DNA from: Octopus sinensis
Lineage: Eukaryota
Reading direction: 5' to 3'
Length of the DNA stretch: 14,800 bases
NCBI RefSeq assembly: GCF_006345805.1
Contig: NW_021825585.1
Location: 1-14,800 of the forward strand
The position numbers and the translations under genes were made by a program. Under the pieces are notes generated by a model, which was not told the origin of the DNA, ran no database searches, and was given only the letters and a program-made list of their open reading frames with translations. How positions within the stretch are numbered: the first letter of the stretch is position 1; each line of letters starts with the position of its first letter. Below, in pieces: positions 10,531 to 14,800 of this stretch.

Positions 10531-10954
10531 CGTACGCATACACACACGTACACACACAGACGTACACGCATTCAATAGTTTTGCAAATATAAACGAAGAG
10601 TTGCTTACGTCACAACAAGTTACAGCAATTGAACAAAAAGAGTGTTTTAGAACGGTTAAAAAGAATCGGATCGTTCGCTGGTGAGGAGATTGATGTCGGG
10701 AGACGTGGGGTGGGGAGGGAAGAGTTCGGCTGAGTAATAGCGGGGACTTATTTTGTAATCGATTTTGATCGGTGAAAGCAATTGTTAAGTAAAATAACGC
10801 CTGTTTTTCCCCCCCGACTCTGCCACCCTAAAAAACAACCACCCCCACCCCCACATCTTCCCCTTCGCTTTTCTATGTCGTTGCAGTTGTTTATTTTTTT
10901 GTCATTTTTTTTTTAGTTATGTCTACGTGTGTGTATGTTTGTTTGTGTGTAGGC

Positions 10955-12620
10955 TTGACTTTTTTTTCTAGCATAATGGCAGCCATATTGTCTATGTGTG
11001 TCTCGTTTTGTTTGCCAAATAGAAGCGAAGTTAAGACTAGTTGCCTTCTGTTTACCTTCTTTTTTTGTGAGCAGTTGTTGTTGTACAGTATGTGTTTTGT
11101 GCGTTGCATTGCACACACAACACAACAGCACATTATAGACTTGAGTCTCTTCAGCTTAATGGCCGCCATATTGTCTATTTGTCTCACTTTGTTTGCCAAA
11201 TCTAAGTGAAGTTAAACTAGTTGACGTCTATTTAACTTCTTCCCTATTTTTTTTCCTCGTGTGTTGTTGAGTGTTTTTGTGTTGTGCCGCACACACTACA
11301 CAACAGTGCATTTAAAACTTGACTCCATCCAGTTTAATGTCGGCCATATTGTCTATTTGTCTCTCATTTTGTTTGCGAAATATTAGTGAAGTTAAACTAG
11401 TTGACGTCTGTATAACTTCTTCCCTATTTTTTTTCCTCGTGTGTTGTTGAGTGTTTTTGTGTTGTGCTGCACACACTACACAACAGTGCATTTAAAACTT
11501 GACTCCATCCAGTTTAATGTCGGCCATATTGTCTATTTGTCTCTCATTTTGTTTGCGAAATATTAGTGAAGTTAAACTAGTTGACGTCTGTATAACTTCT
11601 TCCCTATTTTTTTTCCTCGTGTGTTGTTGAGTGTTTTTGTGTTGTGCTGCACACACTACACAACAGTGCATTTAAAACTTGACTCCATCCAGTTTAACGT
11701 CGGCCATATTGTCTATTTGTCTCTCATTTTGTTTGCCAAATCTAAGTGAAGTTAAACTAGTTGACGTCTATTTAACTTCTTCCCTATTTTTTTCCTCGTG
11801 TGTTGTTGAGTGTTTTTGAGTTGTGTTGCACACACTACACAACAGTGCATTTAAAACTTGACTCTATCCAGTTTAACGTCGGCCATATTGTCTATTTGTC
11901 TCTCATTTTGTTTGCGAAATATTTGTGAAGTTAAGACTAGTTGACGTCTATTTAACTTCTTCCCTATTTTTTTCCCTCATGTGTTGTTGAGTGTTTTTGT
12001 GTTGTGCTGCACACACTACACAACAGTGCATTTAAAACTTGACTCCATCCAGTTTAATGTCGGCCATATTGTCTATTTGTCTCTCATTTTGTTTGCGAAA
12101 TATTAGTGAAGTTAAACTAGTTGACGTCTGTATAACTTCTTCCCTATTTTTTTCCTCGTGTGTTGTTGAGTGTTTTTGTGTTGTGCTGCACACACTACAC
12201 AACCGTGCATTTAAAACTTGACTCCATCCAGTTTAATGTCGGCCATATTGTCTATTTGTCTCTCTGATATTGTTTGCGAAATATTAGTGAAGTTAAAACT
12301 AGTTATCGTCTATTTCCTTTCTTATTTTTGCGTGGTGTGCTGTGAGTTATGTGTTGTGTGGTATGCGTTGCGTGTGATCTATTGAATTGCGTCTCTTCAG
12401 CTAATGGGAGCCATATTGTTTGTTTGTTCCTCTCAGTTTTTATCTCTTGGTGAAGACTAGCTGTCGTTTATTTTCATTTATATTGTGCGTTGTGAGTTGT
12501 GCATTGTTGTGTGATGTGTTTTGCATTTGCATTTCGAAATTGACTCACTTCAACTTATGGTGGCGATAGTGTCTGTATGTCTCTCATCTTTTTAGCGAAA
12601 AATTAAGTGTAGTGAAGCAG
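10955..12620. repeat. Satellite-like tandem array, ~180-bp monomer, ~10 units (6 near-identical central units, diverged edges)
   Basis: The CCATATTGT anchor occurs at 10983, 11166, 11344, 11524, 11704, 11883, 12064, 12243 and 12411, and degenerate at ~12564. Periods are 183, 178, 180, 180, 179, 181, 179, 168 and ~153. Confidence 0.97.
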
Positions 12621-12672
12621 TGAAATTTCGCGAGTCGTGTTCTTGTGATGGTGGCGCCTGTAGCGTTAGCCT

Positions 12673-12730
12673 GGCGAGCTGGCAGGAACGTTAGCACGCC
12701 GGGAGAAATGCGTAGCCGTATTTCGTCTGT
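12673..12730 (+). mobile_element. 5' head (A-box region) of family 2 SINE, 3'-truncated
   Basis: GGCGAGCTGGCAGGAACGTTAGCACGCCGGGAGAAATGCGTAGCCGTATTTCGTCTGT. Its 3' part matches the reverse complement of 1911-1940 and 2707-2736. Confidence 0.8.
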
Positions 12731-13120
12731 TGCTGGATGCCTGTATCCCTGGATACATCTGGGTAGGAGAGTGTGAGCCCTCTGGTATCGCGAGTAGATG
12801 GCTTCCGGAGGAGAAGAGTAGAAATTACCTCTTTTTCAGCTCTACAACAATGTCCAGCAAACTGGACTCTCCTACGTTTCACAAGAGATGACACAGGTGG
12901 TAGTTTCCCAGATATTTGCATTTTGGTTGGATGACGCTTCCACGAGAGATTTTGAGCTCTCATAAGGAGGCGAGTGTAGGTTCCATCCAACCGCCTCTCA
13001 AGCTTCTTTGATAACGTCCAGGTTTCTGAGCCATAGAGTAGAATTGGTTCGACTGTGGCTTTGAAGATTTTAAGTTTGAAATCTCTACTTAGATTTGATG
13101 ACCAGATCTTATGCATGTCA
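12727..13120 (-). mobile_element. RTE-clade LINE ORF2 fragment (post-RT C-terminal region), truncated at both ends
   Basis: The translation MHKIWSSNLSRDFKLKIFKATVEPILLYGSETWTLSKKLERRLDGTYTRLLMRAQNLSWKRHPT...RRRVQFAGHCCR has the LLYGSETW and R...FAGH signatures of RTE-type ORF2. The last ~11 residues of ORF 12691..13116 come from the antisense SINE head. Confidence 0.92.
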
Positions 13121-13428
13121 TATCAATTTGTGTAAGTTGTGTTTCGTACGGTACGTTTTGCGACACGCAGTGTGAAGCTAGGAGTTTTGTGATTTATACT
13201 TTACTTTGTAACTGATATGTATCTGTTGTGAGTTTTACGTTGCTGTATGACTGATCTGCTTGTTGTGAGTTGGATAACATGTGTCGTGACGCGTTATATC
13301 GACTTCAGTTGCGGCTTGTGTGATATATTTATACTGTAAGTGGGTGGTGTGTATTGTGAGTTATATGGTATGTGTTGTGATGTTTGGCGTCGTTTTGTTT
13401 TAGTTGTTGTGAGTTATAGACCGCTGTC

Positions 13429-13480
13429 TGATTGATGTGTATGATTGATGTGTATGATTGATGTGTATGATTGATGTGTA
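13429..13480. repeat. 13-bp minisatellite x4 (TGATTGATGTGTA)
   Basis: Four exact tandem copies. Confidence 0.95.
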
Positions 13481-13572
13481 TGTTATGATGCTATATATAC
13501 AATATAAACTTCATTTTCCTTACAATAATAGCAGCCATATTAACGATTTAGCTCACTCATAAAGTTTGCCAA

Positions 13573-14203
13573 GTCGTGGAGGCGCAATGGCCCAGTGGTT
13601 AGGGCAGCGGACACGCGGTCATAGGATCGCGGTTTCGATTCCCAGACCGGGCGTTGTGAGTGTTTATTGAGCGAAAACACCTAAGGCTCCGGCAGGGGAT
13701 GGTGGTGATCCCTACTGTACTCTTTCACCACAACTTTCTCTCACTTTTACTTCCTGTTTCTGTTGTACCTGTATTTCAAAGGGCCGGCCTTGTCACTCTC
13801 TGTGTCACGCTGAATATTCCCGAGATGACCCAATGGTTAGGGCAGCGGAATCGCGGTCATAGGATCGCGGGTTCGATTCCCAGACCGGGCGTTGTGAGTG
13901 TTTATTGAGCGAAAACACCTAAAGCTCCACGAGGCTCCGGCAGGGGATGGTGGTGATCCCTGCTGTACTCTTTCACCACAACTTTCTCTCACTCTTACTT
14001 CCTGTTTCTGTTGTACCTGTATTTCAAAAGGGCCGGCCTTGTCTCTCTCTGTGTCACGCTGAATATCCGAGAACTACGTTAAGGGTGCACGTGTCTGTAG
14101 AGTGCTCAGCCACTTACACGTTAATTTCACGAGCAGGCTGTTCCGTTGATTCGGATCAACCGGAACCCTCGTCGTCGTAACCGACGGAGTGCTTCAGAGA
14201 GAT
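13573..14203 (+). mobile_element. Dimeric tRNA(Arg)-like SINE (family 3, tail type B) flanked by a 10-bp TSD
   Basis: Copy 1 spans 13578-13825 (A-box TGGCCCAGTGG at 13588) and copy 2 spans 13826-~14195 (B-box GGTTCGATTCC at 13870). The direct repeat AGTTTGCCAA lies at 13563-13572 and 14204-14213. Confidence 0.92.
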
Positions 14204-14299
14204 AGTTTGCCAAACAAACAACACAAACACAACCTGTCGTCTGCTTCCCTTCATTTATTTGTCATTCAGTGTTGTGAGATGTGTGATTTTATATGACCA

Positions 14300-14750
14300 T
14301 TAGACATGACTTTATTCAGCATAATGGCTGCTATATTCTCTAGTTATCTCCCTCTCTCTCTCAACCTCTCACAATTTTGTTTACCATATATAGACATCAA
14401 TTTAAATACCAGTTGTCGTCTGCTGCCCTTTTTATTTTTCGTTGAATGTTGTAACTTTACTCAACATAATGGCTGCTATATTCACTAGTTATCTCTCTCT
14501 CTCGCTCTCCCTCTCACAATTTTGTTTACCATATATAGACATCAATTTAAATACCAGTTGTCGTCTGCTGCCCTTTTTATTGTTCGTTGAATGTTGTAAC
14601 TTTACTCAACATAATGGCTGCCATATTCTCTAGTTCTCTCTCTCACATTTTTGTTTACCATATATAGACACCAATTTAAATACCAGTTGTCGTCTGCTGC
14701 CCTTTTTATTTTTCGTTGACTGTTGTAACTTTACTCAACATAATGGCTGC

Positions 14751-14760
<10 letters not shown>
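14300..14760. repeat. Second tandem array, 145/145/129-bp units, homologous to the 180-bp satellite
   Basis: ATAATGGCTGC(C/T)ATATT occurs at 14321, 14466, 14611 and 14740. It shares the CTCTCA..TTTTGTTT, AGTTG(T/A)CGTCTG and CCCT(A/T)TTTT blocks with the first array. Confidence 0.93.
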
Positions 14761-14795
<35 letters not shown>

Positions 14796-14800
14796 CTCTC
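14755..14800. repeat. (CT)n microsatellite
   Basis: A dinucleotide run to the end of the window. Confidence 0.95.

Noticed and set aside
10891-12221. ORFs containing repeated MAAI/MSAI motifs on both strands (also 14306-14633)
   Set aside because: They are a by-product of the ATGGCNGCCAT palindrome in the tandem monomers. They are short and interrupted by stops.
11166-12300. Regularly spaced repeats resembling a CRISPR array
   Set aside because: Whole 180-bp units are repeated with no unique spacers, there are no cas genes, and the context is eukaryotic.
12691-13116. 141-aa ORF as a host gene or active LINE
   Set aside because: It is an internal RTE ORF2 fragment lacking the endonuclease and RT domains, and its C-terminus is borrowed from SINE antisense sequence.
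13578-13655. tRNA-Arg-like sequence as a true tRNA gene (also 7090-7165 and 321-390)
   Set aside because: There is no paired acceptor stem or poly-T terminator, and each continues into SINE body sequence.

Overview
This is eukaryotic, AT-rich DNA dominated by repeats, consistent with intronic or intergenic sequence. The SINE families match ones I recognise from Octopus genomes, from memory rather than a search. No intact gene is present, and nearly all ORF-track entries are microsatellite translations. The window holds three tRNA-derived SINE families, a truncated RTE LINE ORF2 fragment, a probable decayed L1/Tx1-like LINE end, a MITE with 26-bp TIRs, a 142-bp hairpin, many microsatellites and local tandem duplications. 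The most notable structure is at 10.95-14.76 kb: two homologous tandem arrays (~180-bp and ~145-bp units) whose best-conserved block is a YY1/Pho-like AATGGCNGCCATATT motif, split by LINE and SINE insertions. A candidate minus-strand exon at 6113-6244 carries an in-frame TGA.
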